A stretch of 64,000 nt of DNA. It comes from Octopus bimaculoides. Its lineage: Eukaryota. Where the stretch lies: contig NC_068985.1 of assembly GCF_001194135.2 (NCBI RefSeq), positions 20,982,835 to 21,046,834 of the forward strand, written 5' to 3'. Shown piece after piece: positions 1-13,200 of this stretch. Position 1 is the first letter of the stretch; the number at the start of each line of letters is the position of its first letter. A program made the translations under genes and the position numbers. The notes beneath the pieces are model-generated. The model was given only the letters and a program-made list of their open reading frames with translations, had not been told where the DNA came from and did no database searches.

Positions 1-527
1 ACTGTGTTGTTGTATGATACATGCTGGTTTGGATCACTTCCCAAATGCTCCTCTGCAAAAAGAAAAGCAAAACTGAACTGCAACAAATGATAGGCAGTTT
101 TCTTTTCTCTCCATTAATAATAAACCATTGGCTTTTATAATTATTTCAATGGATATAGTCTGCTCAAAGCTTTTGTACAGTCTTACTTTAGAACACACCT
201 ATTTGGATATTATCATCAGCCTGAATAAGGCCTAGGATAAACTCAGAGTGACCATACAAACCTAAGGTACACTCATATATACAGACAGACAGTCTGAAAG
301 TTACTCTTTATCATTATAGCTAAAATACTTGTTTTCTCTTCTTATATGTTGTGGAGAAAATGCTTTGAAATTACAAATGTCATAAAATAATCAGGTTGAT
401 TTAGTATGGACATGAAAAGCATATAAATGAACCTCATGGGAAAGCATGTTTTGAGCTGGTGAAGTGAGGTACTTGTAAAAGAGGCAGATAAAATATGACA
501 TTGGAAGAATTCTCTTTTACTCTTATG

Positions 528-742
528 TTTTTACTTGTTTCAGTCATTTGACTGTGGCCATGCTGGAGCATCGCCTTTAGTCGAACAAATCAACCCCAGG
601 ACTTATTCTTTGTGAGCCTAGTACTTATTCTATCGGTCTCTTTTGCCGAACCGCTAATTTACGGGGGACGTACACACCAGCATCGATTGTCAAGTGACGT
701 TGGGGGGACAAACACAGACACACATACATATACACACACACA

Positions 743-789
<47 letters not shown>

Positions 790-885
790 GACGGGCTTCT
801 TTCAGTTTCCGTCTACCAAATCCACTCACAAGGCTTTGGTCAGCCTGAGGCTATAATAGAAGACACTTGCCCAAGGTGCCACGCA
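528..885 (-). mobile_element. SINE, family A (5'-truncated head), with internal (CA)/(AT)n microsatellite
   Basis: Aligns over its length to the copy at 63495-63886 (shared GGCACCTTGGGCAA..GTCTTCTA.TATAGCCTC, GTGAGTGGATTTGGTAGA.GGAAACTGAAAGAAGCC on the minus strand). Confidence 0.85.
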
Positions 886-979
886 TGTGATATTCATATC
901 AGATGAACATTTGACCTCTACAACTGGATATTTTCAAAACAATAATTAATTTATGTCAATATTTAATTTTTATTTCTAA

Positions 980-1117
980 GTTCAAATTCTGCCGAGGTCG
1001 ACTTTGTCCTTTATTCTTTCAGAGTCGATAAATTAAGTACCAGGTGCGTACTGGGGTCGATCTAATCAACTAGCCCCCTCCCCCAAAATTTCGGGCCTTG
1101 TGCCTAGAGTAGGAAAG
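980..1117 (+). mobile_element. SINE, family B, 3' part
   Basis: GTCGACTTTG...GTCGATAAATTAAGTACCAG...TACTGGGGTCGATCTAATC core shared with copies at 6896, 18602 and 24297. Confidence 0.8.
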
Positions 1118-1446
1118 AATATTTAATTACTATGCTATTTTGATTCGACATGACATTTCGTCTTTCATTTTAAAACACTTTAAAATCTCTCAACCTCTAA
1201 ATCTACTTGCTTGCCTTCCATCTCTTTTATTCTACTTCTTCCAATCAAATACAAATTTCTAACCCTGCCATACATTATAAAGAAATGATTATCTTCTCTG
1301 TAATATTTCGTATGTGTATTTCGTGTGCAAGATTCTTGATGTGGATACGTGTGTTGAAAGAAATACAATTAAACCTTAGGAGAGGCATTATGCCGGTAAT
1401 AAACACACGCACTGGTTCAGTCCTTTATTAATTTATATAGTTTTTT

Positions 1447-1487
1447 GTTAAATTATTTCATTGCACTCTTGCAATCTCTTCAGTAAC
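1447..1487 (-). ncRNA. Minimal type-I hammerhead-ribozyme-like motif (left arm)
   Basis: Reverse complement of the motif at 1726-1766. Confidence 0.55.
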
Positions 1488-1725
1488 TTGTCTCTCCACT
1501 TCCATTTATTTTGAATATATGATTTGGTATTCTTTCTACTAATATATATCATTAGTCAGCTAGTGACCTGTATATTTGTATTTGTGTGCGTGAGTAATAA
1601 AAGTATAATGCTAGTATAAATATTAGTACTTATTTAGCTTTGCACACTCACCTGTGTGCATGTAAGAACAAAGTACAAAACAACGCCAGATCATATATTC
1701 AAAATAAATGGAAGTGGAGAGACAA

Positions 1726-1766
1726 GTTACTGAAGAGATTGCAAGAGTGCAATGAAATAATTTAAC
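1726..1766 (+). ncRNA. Minimal type-I hammerhead-ribozyme-like motif (right arm)
   Basis: GUUA-CUGAAGA-G-AUUGCA(AGAG)UGCAAU-GAAA-UAA-U-U-UAAC: intact core, 6-bp stem II, 4-bp stem I, 1-bp stem III. Confidence 0.6.
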
Positions 1767-3349
1767 AAAAAACTATATAAATTAATAAAGGACTGAACCA
1801 GTGCGTGTGTTTATTACCGGCATAATGCCTCTCCCAAGGTTTAATTGTATTTCTCTGTAATAACTACCCACTAAGGAATGACATATGTATCTCTTGCTTC
1901 TTGTACCATACCTACAACTCTGTCCCGTCGCCATGTTACTATCTGGCATATAAATGAATACCTACACTCACCAATCTCCAAACACATCATGATCATTGTC
2001 TGTAGTTTTCAGGTTATCACTATAAGTATCAGTTATAGTTAAATAACTATAGTTATATATTTTTATCTGTTTTCACTGATACATGAGTGCGGACAGAATG
2101 TTATGTGAAAACTATTCATTGTGGAAACATTTTTAAACTTCCAAATCCTCATTTGCTGGAATTACTAGTTTAATTTATGTATTTCTATGTATTTTTCATA
2201 TCTATGTTGAATGAGTGTTGAGTTTCTTCCCTTAAACATGTATGTCTGTATGTTGATACTCATAGATGAGATGAAATTCTCAAAATACTCTGGAGATGTC
2301 ATGCACAGAGAGTTGACCTAAGAGACATGAAGGTTAAATGTAAATGGAACTTTGTTTAGTAAATTTGGTAATATCATTGGGTAGAATCATTTATATAGGA
2401 ACAGTATATGAGTATTAAAGTGACAATAAATAATTAATGCAGTAACAGATCACAGTTCAATTTCTTGAAGTGATTGGGCAAATGTTGAGATGAACTCTAG
2501 TGATCCATCTTAGTACTTCCAGTAGAATTGTCAAATAAAGCTAAAACGTCAATTAGCTTTCCCTGATGAAAAAATGGTGTGTGTGTGTGTGTAATATCCA
2601 GTTGTTGTTCTTTAGATCCAGATCATCCCTGATTTAGCAGATCTATGATAAAGGATGTTGTGACTGTGACTATGTCACTTATATTGTTTTTTTACATATT
2701 GGGGACTTCATTATCCAATGTGTCCTCTCTTTTTTCTAAGTGACAAGTGGTGCTATATGTGTTTCTCATGGAGCTATTATGATTTTGAAGTTGATAGTAC
2801 AAGTCTTAATGATTCAGCAACAATGTAGTTCTTTACCCACTCTTTCTGTTCTTTTATAATCTTCACTCCAGTATCTTATAATGTAATGAAAAACAGTACT
2901 GAATTTTTTTTTTAAATAACTGTACTTTAAGAAATGACAAATGGTATGATGTAACATAAGTAAAGTTTCCAGAACAGAAAAGTACACCAAATGCAACTGC
3001 CTGATTGCTTTTTGTGTGTGTTAATAAAAACAAGGTGATTCTGTATACGTAGTTTCAGATTTAAACAAGAAATTCCAAGGATCCAAGGATAATGAATAAA
3101 TGAAAATCATTTTCCCCCCTCTAATATTGGCTATTAAATTACAATGGAGGGAATGACAAATAACTGAGAGCTTTGGCGATAAGCTGTACATGAGAAGACT
3201 CATCAAGTCAAGTGAAACTGTAGTCATGGCTGTTGCCAATGTCATATAAGTGGTACCCATAAAACTATAGTCAAGGCCATTACCAGTGTGATGTAAATGG
3301 CACCTGTAAAATTGTAATCGTAGCCATTACCAGTATCATGTAAATAGCA

Positions 3350-3525
3350 CCCGTGCTGGTGGCAAATAAAAAGCACCCACTACACTCTCGGAGTGGTTGG
3401 CATTAGGAAGAGCATCCAGCTGTAGAAAGAATACCAAATCAGCTCTCTAGTTTATCAGTTCCAGTCAAACCGCCTGACCCATGACAGCATGGAAAGTGGA
3501 CATTAAATGAGGATGATGATGATGT
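3350..3525 (+). mobile_element. RTE-type SINE/LINE 3' tail
   Basis: GGAGTGGTTGGCATTAGGAAGAGCATCCAGCTGTAGAAA...CCCATGACAGCATGGAAAGTGGACATTAAATGA ending in (GAT)n. Reverse-oriented relatives at ~12255-12330 and ~57240-57340. Confidence 0.7.
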
Positions 3526-4075
3526 TAAGCTTTGTTATAACAAAGTTTCATTTATTAAGGGGGCATAAAATAAGATATTGCTATGTGTATGTGTGTGTGT
3601 GTGTATGTATGTATGTATATATAGATATAATTGAAAACATTGGAGTCAGCAAGAAGTGGTGTGGTTGGACATTTATTTTTTTAATCACAATAATTCTTTC
3701 CATGCAACGTAGTTCTTCAGGGGTGTAGGTACTTAATTATGCAATTGTTCCCTGCATTATGAGATCTAGTTGTGTTTCCTCAGGCGATATGTAAATATTG
3801 TCTCTGTGAGTTTAAAATCCTCGGCTTCAAGAACATCCCCTCTGTCTGTCATGGTCTGAATTTACTAGTAGTCACTGAGCTTATCATGGTATGTTGTTGA
3901 AGGGCTGTTGGTAGATGCCCAAATGCAAACCTGGAGGTACATATAATACTACTACTGGATAGCAGAGTGTAAATTTGAAGGTGGACAAGCTTTATATTGT
4001 TCTTAACAGAATACGCCATAAATATATATGTGTGTGTATATATATATATATATNNNNNNNNNNAGAGACAGAGAT

Positions 4076-4103
4076 AGAATAGAATAGAATAGAATAGGTA
4101 AAG

Positions 4104-4143
<40 letters not shown>
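4076..4143. repeat. (GAATA)n followed by (GATA)n microsatellite
   Basis: Read directly. Confidence 0.95.
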
Positions 4144-4144
<1 letters not shown>

Positions 4145-5294
4145 TTACAAGCTTCTGCAGAGTTTATGCTTACCAAATTCTGTTTACAAAGTATCGTTCA
4201 ACTAAAGGATACAGTTGAAGATATTTGCCCTAGGTTCTATATGGTTGCATGCAAACCTCTCAACTATGTAGATCTGCCTGTATATATTGAAATTACATCA
4301 TGGAAGACTCATTTTTAACCATTCAAAAACACAGAAACTGTGTGTTGTAGACAGCATGAACCAGAGACATCTTGTATTTGAAACAAATTTCTGGAGAAAT
4401 CATTTGTGGGATACCATTCTGCAGTAGACACAGTTCATTTTCAGTTGAGTAATACATCATTCCAGCCAATCCAGGAAATGAGCCCATGACCTCACAAGCA
4501 TAAAGCCTAACCAGTAGGTTATACACTTACGTATATAATTAAGCTTTAATTTTTTGTAGATAACAGTTATTTGTGCAGTTTATCTTTTCATTATCATATG
4601 CAGAGATGCATATCTTCAGTACAAAAGTAGAAAAACAGCTCAATAGAGGAAATATCTTTTGTTGATCAAGTCAGGATATCAATGAATAAATTTACGTTTG
4701 TGAAATAATTGACCATCTTATTAATCAGTTATAATAAAAATGCTCACCAGTTAATAGTGGAAATTCTCAAATGTATCTCAAAGAATTCACCGAACACGGA
4801 CATTAAATGATAATGATGATATCTTTTGTTCAAAATTGCAAAAGCAATGTTATACTTCTCCATCAGACATGAATTGTGTGTTCTGGAATCACTAATGTAA
4901 GGAAATGCATTCAATAATGAACCAATGTATCTTATAATTGTTCATATTTTTTTGATATAATCAGTTCAAAATTGTTTTAAAAAAAAACAATATTTTGTTA
5001 ACAAACTTAAATATGTCTCTAACTAGTTAATCTAGATAATATAGAAAGATAAATTTGAAATGATGAAATAAACATTAAATATTGTTTTCAATGAATTTTC
5101 ACTTTGTAAAATTTTCTTTTCTTCTCTTTATATACTTTCATTCATAAAATATTAGTTTTCTCATAAAAAAAATTTAGAAACAGTTTTTTATCTTTCATTT
5201 ATATCAACTTTGAAAATTAACACATTTGAAAATATTTTTATGAATGTTGGCAAATATGTTAATGTTTATCTTCTTTTTATTTAAGTATGTTTAG

Positions 5295-5333
5295 ATCCTC
5301 GCCAAAAAAGAATAGAAGCTTTAAGTAAAGACA
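5295..5333 (+). CDS. Candidate internal coding microexon, 39 nt, phase 1-1, (D)PRQKRIEALSKD
   Basis: T-rich tract + TTAG acceptor, ACA|GTAAGC donor, length 3n, open frame, protein-like charged sequence in very AT-rich flanks. No homology confirmed. Confidence 0.55.
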
Positions 5334-6895
5334 GTAAGCTTTTTACATTCTTGGAATAAACAAACACCTCATACTAATAAGGTATCAACAACAAGAAGAG
5401 CAGCAGAATAAATAACTAGAGCTACTGTAACCCTGCACATACATGTCATTTAATATATAGTTGTACTAGAGTTTTTTTATAAAGTGTTAATTAACTAAAC
5501 AGTGTGACAATAATTCACCGTTGTTTCTTGAATAAGCAGAGCCAATCTGTCTGTGTTCTTCAAATTATTTCATATTAACAGCAGCAAGGATAAAAGAATC
5601 AAGCACCGTGGAGATTCTCAAATTATTCCCTAAATAATTACTGAGAATTACTGAAGCTATTCTTCCCCACCCACGTCATTCATAATAAGATATCCAGTGA
5701 ACTTGAGTAGTTTTATTAAATTCATCACCTCCAAATACTTGAATAGAATACAATTTGATATTGCAGTTATAACCTGTCTTATTAGAGATTGTATGATACG
5801 ACACAGTGTCATTGAATAATCTTTATGGAATATTAAGATATCTTACATTGTTAAGTTAAGAAAAGAGTCAACTGAATCAATCCCAGTATTTTACTGGTAC
5901 ATATTGACCCTAGAATGATAAAAATGTAGTCCAATTCAGGTAAATTTCAAATTCAGAATGGAGAAGAACATAGATATCACATGACATACCACAAGCCCGG
6001 CCCTCTAGCATTTCTACCATTCCGGTATCTCTATAGAATATTAAGATATGATAATGTGTCTATGCATGTAAAGGATCCCTACTTTATTCATTTAACAAAT
6101 AGTAATGCATTGTTTCATCTTCTATGATAGAATCAGTTATTGCTTTTTGCTTTTGTATCAGACTTGTTTAGTGGGGTATGTTTAATCAAGAAATAGTTAT
6201 ATTTGTTCAATTTGTAACGATTTAGTTTCCTAAAATAATCTTTCTGGACAAGTGGAATATTTCAACTTTCTTTCGGTTTGTTCCTATTTCTTTATTGAAG
6301 GTATTTTTTTTTTATTTTACATTTCCAACAAGCAGGAAACCTTTTTATTTTTTTCTTCTTTAGTTAGTTTAGGAATTTTTCTGTTCATTTAGTCTTTCAT
6401 TTCCTTACCTTGACATACATCTACCTGTTCTAAAGGAGCTGAAATATTGCCAACCCATTATAATTCTACCTTACAGATTCAAGCTTTGGTTAATCACTTG
6501 TTGATCTTTTGTTAAAATATAAGGAATCAGTTTTGAGTTGTTTTTTCATTACAAAACTTCTCTCTGAAAGTATAAGCTGTCAGATTTTGGCCAATGAATA
6601 ATGAAAGTGCTTTCTATGTATTTAAATCTACTTGCTTCTTTTCTCTGTAAAATAAATTCTTGTTCATTACTAACTTCAACACTTAAAAAACATAAACATT
6701 AACTACACTAACATCACAAAATTTTCCTTACTTCTAATCCAGTATACAATCTACATTATCTGGTATTTATTTAATCAATTACTACTTCATAAAAGTCTAG
6801 TTTACAGCAAATTAAATATCAGTTTTTAAATATGCAATCATAGGTGTCCCATTCATAGGAACAAGTGACTTTCATCTACCTAATGCTATGAATTA

Positions 6896-7080
6896 AAGTG
6901 GTGAGCTGGTAGAATAATTAGCACATCAGACAAAATGCTTAGCATCATTTCTTCTGGCATTTTACATTCTGAATTCAAATCTTGGTAAGGTCAACTTTGC
7001 CTTTCATCCCTTCAGGATGGATAAAATGAAGTACCAGTTAAGTACTGGGTTAATGTAATCAACTTGTCCTCTCGCCTCGC
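6896..7080 (+). mobile_element. SINE, family B, near full length
   Basis: tRNA-like head GTGGTGAGCTGGTAGAAT...TTCTGAATTCAAATC plus CTTTGCCTTTCATCCCTTCAGGATGGATAAAATGAAGTACCAG core. Confidence 0.8.
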
Positions 7081-7712
7081 CTTAAACCCAGCGGTGGACC
7101 AGCATCCCATTCAGGGGGAATGTCGTTACCTCAGTCACTTATATGACATGTAAACCAGGTAACCAGCCTTTTGAAAAAAATTTTTTTTAAGTTTTAAAAT
7201 GCTGTGAGTTGACCCTGTGATTCATTCAGTTTTAGAAAATTTTTCCTGGGACAGAAATTAAATATTTTAATGCAATACCGGAAATAATAATCAATATAAA
7301 AGTGAAAATTCTTTAAATTTTACCAAACTACAAATGACCATTTACTAAAACAAGATTTTGGTCTGGTTGTAGAATGGTACCAATAATTTTGGTTTTGTTT
7401 TGTACATTTTTTTCCATAGCTAGTTTAACTCTGTAAAAGTGAATGAAATGGGGGCAATACTTGTTAAATTCTAGTTGGGCATGACTAAGTCTTGATGCTA
7501 GTGTATAATTGATTCTGTTCTTTTATGACACTAGTTTTTGTTGTTTAGTACCAGGTCAGCTACGTTGGGCAGACCTATGATCAATAGGTCTGATCAATTT
7601 CAGCCATGATAATGTTTCTTTTTAAGATAGTAAGTAAGGTGTGATTTGAAAGAAAAACAGCAATGTAAATGCTTCCCTTTTGTTTTATTATGATACCCTT
7701 TTACTTACTTAG

Positions 7713-8099
7713 CGGTGGAGGCACAATGGCTCAGTGGTCAAGGCAGTGGACTCGCGGTCATAGGATCGTGGTTTCGATTCCCAGACCAGGTGGTGTGAGT
7801 GTTTATTGAGCGAAAGCACCTAAAGCTCCACGAGGCTCCGGCAGGGGATAGTGGCAAACCCTGCTGTACTCTTCCACCACAACTTTCTCTCACTCTTACT
7901 TCCTGTTTCTGTTGTACCTGTATTTCAAAGGGTCAGCCTTGTCACACTGTATCACGCTGAATATCCCCGAGAACTACGTTAAGGGTACACGTGTTTGTGG
8001 AGTGCTCAGCCACTTGCATGTTAATTTCATGAGCAGGCTATTCCATTGATCAGATCAACTGGAACCCTCGATGTCGTAAGCGACGGAGTGCCAACAACA
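7713..8099 (+). mobile_element. Full-length tRNA-derived SINE, family C, with 10-bp target-site duplication
   Basis: A box TGGCTCAGTGG, B box GGTTTCGATTCCC, (CAA)n tail. ACTTACTTAG at 7703-7712 and 8100-8109. Confidence 0.9.
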
Positions 8100-9308
8100 A
8101 CTTACTTAGGGAGGAAGGAAACACATTGTTTCACCCAGTTTAATACCACTTCCTGGTCCATGGATGCCTTCAGTTGCAAACATTCAGCTGGCAGGAGAAT
8201 TATCATGACCCCAACAGAATACTGACACTAGCTACATAGGTTACCTAAAATTAACCCTTTGCTAATATTTATTGACTCCAATTCAACTTAGACCCCATAC
8301 AATCCATACCAACTATTTTGCAAAAATCTTTTTCCCCTTACCTCTGCTATCCAAGTTATTCTCTATAATAAAACTTTACCCTCAAAGATGATGTCTGCAC
8401 ATATGTAGATTCCCCTCTCCCAACCATTTTCCTTGAATACAAACAATAAAGACTTCCAGTTAATTTGAGTCACACTCTCTCTCCCCACTCCTCTAAATAT
8501 ATCTGCTGATTTTATCTGTCTCCAAACTCTTCCAACTACTGATTACTTTTTACTATCTCAATTCTTGCATGAAAGACATCTGTCTTACTCTCAAATCTAT
8601 AAGGTCTCATGCCAGTCCCAACTCTCTTGTCCTCTCCATGCCCTCATTGTGTGCACTACCTCCTAAGCCCTATACTAATTACTATGCATTGCTCCTCCTT
8701 CCAAGGAGTCTCTAAAATGCTTTATCTGAACAAACTTTTCCTGCAGCCATCAACTTTCCAATGTTCAAGAGTAACGTTAACTTCATTGACCTCACAGCTT
8801 TAGGAGGTCTTGCAAGGCTTATGGGTTATAGAAGAGGCTATACCTCTTCCACTACATAAATCCAATTTTTAAAAAAAGCAGCAGCTAAACTTTTAAGTGT
8901 CAGTTAAAAATATAAGTTTTGTTGAAAGTAAACTTTTAGAAACAACTTATCGAAAATTTCATGACAATCTCATATGCTAAGCACAAAAGTTTGTCATAGA
9001 TTTTGGTAAAATATTTACAAATTGGCAAACATGGCACCTACATATCAGCAAATTTCCTAATTTACTGCCATCTGGGTGCCATATTTATCAATTTCTAATA
9101 ATTTTCTACTTACCAGTTGAGATTACCTTTCAATTGGATTTACTTTTTAACTAACTCCAATTTAAATCATTTACTAAAGTTTTTAGTCTGTCTTATTTTT
9201 GTAATTCATATCTTTTGCTTGGATATTCTTTATTGTTTGTTTGTTGTTGACTTTGTGTGTTTGTTTTTCTTTTCTTTTTTTTTTCTATATTTTTTTTTCA
9301 TTTCAAAG

Positions 9309-9334
9309 AGATTGCAGAGGCCATTGTGAAATAG
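9309..9334 (+). CDS. Candidate alternative last coding exon, phase 1, (K)IAEAIVK*
   Basis: ~55-nt polypyrimidine tract ending TTTCAAAG. Frame continues the 5295-5333 exon and ends in TAG. Confidence 0.45.
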
Positions 9335-10222
9335 TACAAACAGATAAAAAACATTTGTTATTTTTGCTGTGAAATTTTTAACTTACTCTGTTCTAAACTT
9401 CAGTTAATTCTAACACTACAATCTGTATAACATTCATATTTCTTTGAAACATGAGCATTACATCATTTATCATTTCATATTTGCTTCATTTCTTGTCAGT
9501 TGAGTATACTGATTCTTTATCATCGCCTTTCCTCATTGAAAAGGGTTAATATCAAATTTAGGAAAGTTTGCTTTTATATAACTGGTTTGGTATTATTGAA
9601 CAGGAGAAAGAAGTTTGGATTTCTTAGAAATATATCTCTCCTAACATAATTACTACGATAAATGTCAATGGTCTAATTTTATCCAACTAATTCTAATTAG
9701 CTATTTTTTTTATTACTAAAATTTACGGATGAACAAAGAAATGCTTTTTATTGTTGCTACCGCTACATCTTAATATACTTTATAAACCAATTCCTTTTTC
9801 TGTAATTACCAAGTGTTTGATATACCAATCCTGTACTTGGTAAAGGGAACCATAACTGTAAATGCAATAACCAGACAACATTTCATTTTTAGTTTACTTT
9901 TATTGAATTCATTGCAGTGTGCAGGAACTTACTGTTCTCTGTATCTTTTCCAAATTGATTTTTTAAACACTGAATTCTTTTACTGGTTTCGATCTTTTTT
10001 AACTGCAGCCTTGCAAAGACTGTAATCAATTACTTCAACCCCAGTACATTATCTGGTATTTATTTAATCAATTACTATTTACTAAAGAGTTGCAAGCCAC
10101 ATTCGATAGATACCACCAGATATTTTTGCTACCACAAATATTTATCAACAATCCCTTGCTCTTTCTCTCTCTCACACACACATATATATATTACATGTGT
10201 GTGTGTGTGTGTGTATAATGTT

Positions 10223-10262
<40 letters not shown>

Positions 10263-13200
10263 ATTATAAAAGTGGTTTGCTGATTAGTTTATTCATGTTT
10301 TACACAAAAAAAATGAATAATCCAATCAATAAACTGCTTTTATGAAGAGAGAGAAAATATAAAACTCAAATAGTCACTGAAATTAGAAGATATTCAAATC
10401 TCTAAAGTTAGTCATTGTGTGTGGGAGTGACAAGCCATCATAAATTTACAGAGGAATACCATGAGATTTTGTATCCAACTCACCATCATAGGATGCACAA
10501 ATACTCCAAGATGTCTGACACTAAAAGTAAAGGTTAAAAGTGGAATAATTTCCGTACAGTCTAAATTTAAACTTTAACTGACTATTGTGGTCTTAGCAGG
10601 TAAACGTGAATTGAATAATTTACAATTATTCCTTTCGCTTTCTCTTTCCTGAAAAATATGGTAACTTTACCTCTCTTATTCTCTTTACACTTAATTTTTA
10701 ATAAAGACAATTTGAATATACTACTTGAAAATAACATTATAAATTGGCTCTCTATTGCTTTATTCTAATGAAGAACAAACAGGCAGAAACAAACTTTTTA
10801 TAGATATAAGTGAAAAATACGAAATATTAAATAAAAGGAAACTGAAAAGAATAGGCATAATTTTTTAATCATTTGAGAAAAAACGAAATATTCATTTGCT
10901 TCTCTCTCTCACATGGGAAAAATGGATAAACCAATAAAACCACTTTTATATAAGTGCCATCATAATAGGAAGATATTCAAATGCATGGCACTAGTTGTGG
11001 TATGTGAGACTTAAGAACAAATCATTGTCAATCTGCATAAGAATACCATGTAAGCCTATATCCAGTTTGCCTTTATGGCGCACACATACACTCCAAAAAT
11101 CTATCAAGAGAAAAAAAATTAAAAACGGAATAATTTCCTTACCACACACATACACACTTATATATTAATGTACAGCCAGTATCTACATGGTTTTTGTTCT
11201 TTTAATTTCACTCTCAAGATATTCATCAGCCTGAAGCTAAAATAGAAGACACTTCATCAATGTGCCATGTGTGTGATTTTAAAGCAAATGTCTTAACTAC
11301 TTCACCATGTCTAGGTCCATATCTCAAAATCTATATTTAATTTTTTTAATCAGATTTTCTGAAAAAGTAAGTCAGGACTTATATTCAAATATTGCATTGA
11401 AATATTATTTATTATTATATACTATCAAGGGTGATGAAATGTAGAAAAGGTAGTAATAGATTAAACTGCTTGCACTCTTTAGTTACAACCCCTTTGTGTT
11501 TGAGTTGAACTCTAGCCAGAGTTGAATTTGCCTTTGATAAAATGAATATCAACAATATACTGGATTGCTACAATTACACCTACACTTCCTCCACAAATTT
11601 TTGGAACTATGCAAAAAGTTAAAATAAATATGATATCCTATTGATATTTTGATTGCTCTCAGTCAGGATAATAAATTTACATTAGTCACATTTTGGGATA
11701 AATATGCTGATTCTTTATAGGCAAGGCATGAAATCTTTTGTTCCAAGGGCTTGTTATTTATTGATCTGCTTATTATATACCTTGAATGGAAATTAGATAA
11801 AGTAAAACCTGATATTAAATTGAAATAATATACAGAAATACAATTATTAGAAATCAAGGAAATTAATCATAATCCACATTGACAAAAGTCATTGTAATAA
11901 AAAGTACAATTGAGATATAGCAGTATATCATGTGGAGCAGAAATATTTAGCATTTTGAAGTTTCCGTTAAAAGCAGTAAAAATTGGAATTGTATAATATA
12001 AAATTATTTTTAGCTAAATTCTTTATACATAATATCTTCATTGGTGACTTCTAATGTCTTCAAACCATCAAGCTGTAACATTAAATTTGTGGTAGAGGGA
12101 TTGTTTAATTTATATCAGATTTTATTCTTAAAATTATCCAAAACTTTCGTATTTTTGAAATCAACTGATTTAATATCACCAATGATAATTAAGCTATATC
12201 TTTAGATTTAATATTCTAATCTTGTTTCTTATTCCTTATATATATAGCATTATCATTTAACGTCCTTTTTCCATGCTGGCATAGGTTGGACAGTTTGACA
12301 GCAGCTAACCAGCTGAAGGCTGTTCGGGCTCCCTGTCCGTTTTTATATTATATATACATAAGTTTGTGTATATTAAAAACTACAGCCATGGCTCACAGTG
12401 AGTGTGACTTAGTAGCATGTACCATGCTTTCACTATTAGTCACAAGCAGATACAGACACTCTCTTGCCCTTCAACCTTGACCTAGCAGAACATTTAGGAT
12501 GTGACAGCTGGAGATAAAGTGAGGGCTGCACTTGCTAAGTGGATTGAAGCAATATAAAACAATGTATCTTTCTCAAAGACACAACATGCCATTTGGTTTA
12601 AACCTACAATTTTGCAATTGTGAGCCCAGAACCACAACCACTTGGCCATGCATCTTCTCACACATGCACACATATATATTTGTGTGTATATATATATATA
12701 TATAAGCTGCATATAAGCTTTTTTACCTGGCAAAACTAACGTTTAGGTTATTTGCACTTAGATCTGTCAGTCACTTAATATAATTCAAATGTATAGATGT
12801 TAGTTTTGTTTCTCTTCTATGCTAGTGTGACAGTCAAAAATTATCAAAATGGATCCCAATTTATTTTCCTTTTCACTATATAACATCAATATTTATGTGA
12901 CAGATGTATTAGATTTGAAAATTATGGCATTTGTACGAACCCTACCATACCAGTGACTATCATGAGATTAGATTAGGTTTTTCTGTAATATAACTATCTT
13001 TCTTAAAAGATAATTAAATTTCTGTAAAGGACCTTAATTATTAGCCTAACCAATCAGATTTATTATGAAATATTTATTAGCCATGTTGAGACTGAATATC
13101 AAAGAAAAAGTAAATGTTTTTTGATAGATAACTTTAATGACTTAAAATATTGAAATGGAAATCTTCTGTATGAACCTAGGGTTCTGGTAGCATAAATTCA

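Larger units (their letters stand above)
1359..1854. repeat. Long inverted repeat: arms 1359-1527 and 1686-1854 (169 bp each), 158-bp spacer; probable Penelope-like pseudo-LTR pair
   Basis: Reverse-complement match read by eye with 2 mismatches. Each arm contains a hammerhead-like core. Confidence 0.9.

Noticed and set aside
6409-6438. Minus-strand 30-nt exon-like segment with AAG|GTAAGG donor
   Set aside because: Acceptor has almost no pyrimidine tract; several AG|GTAAG matches per strand are expected by chance in 64 kb.
7713-7790. tRNA-like sequence with A and B boxes
   Set aside because: It continues into a SINE body with tail and TSD; it is not a stand-alone tRNA gene.
10325-11140. Two loosely similar blocks (~10325-10560 and ~10925-11140)
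   Set aside because: Only short shared anchors (GAAGATATTCAAAT, GAATACCATG, GGAATAATTTCC); most likely decayed repeat copies, not classifiable by eye.
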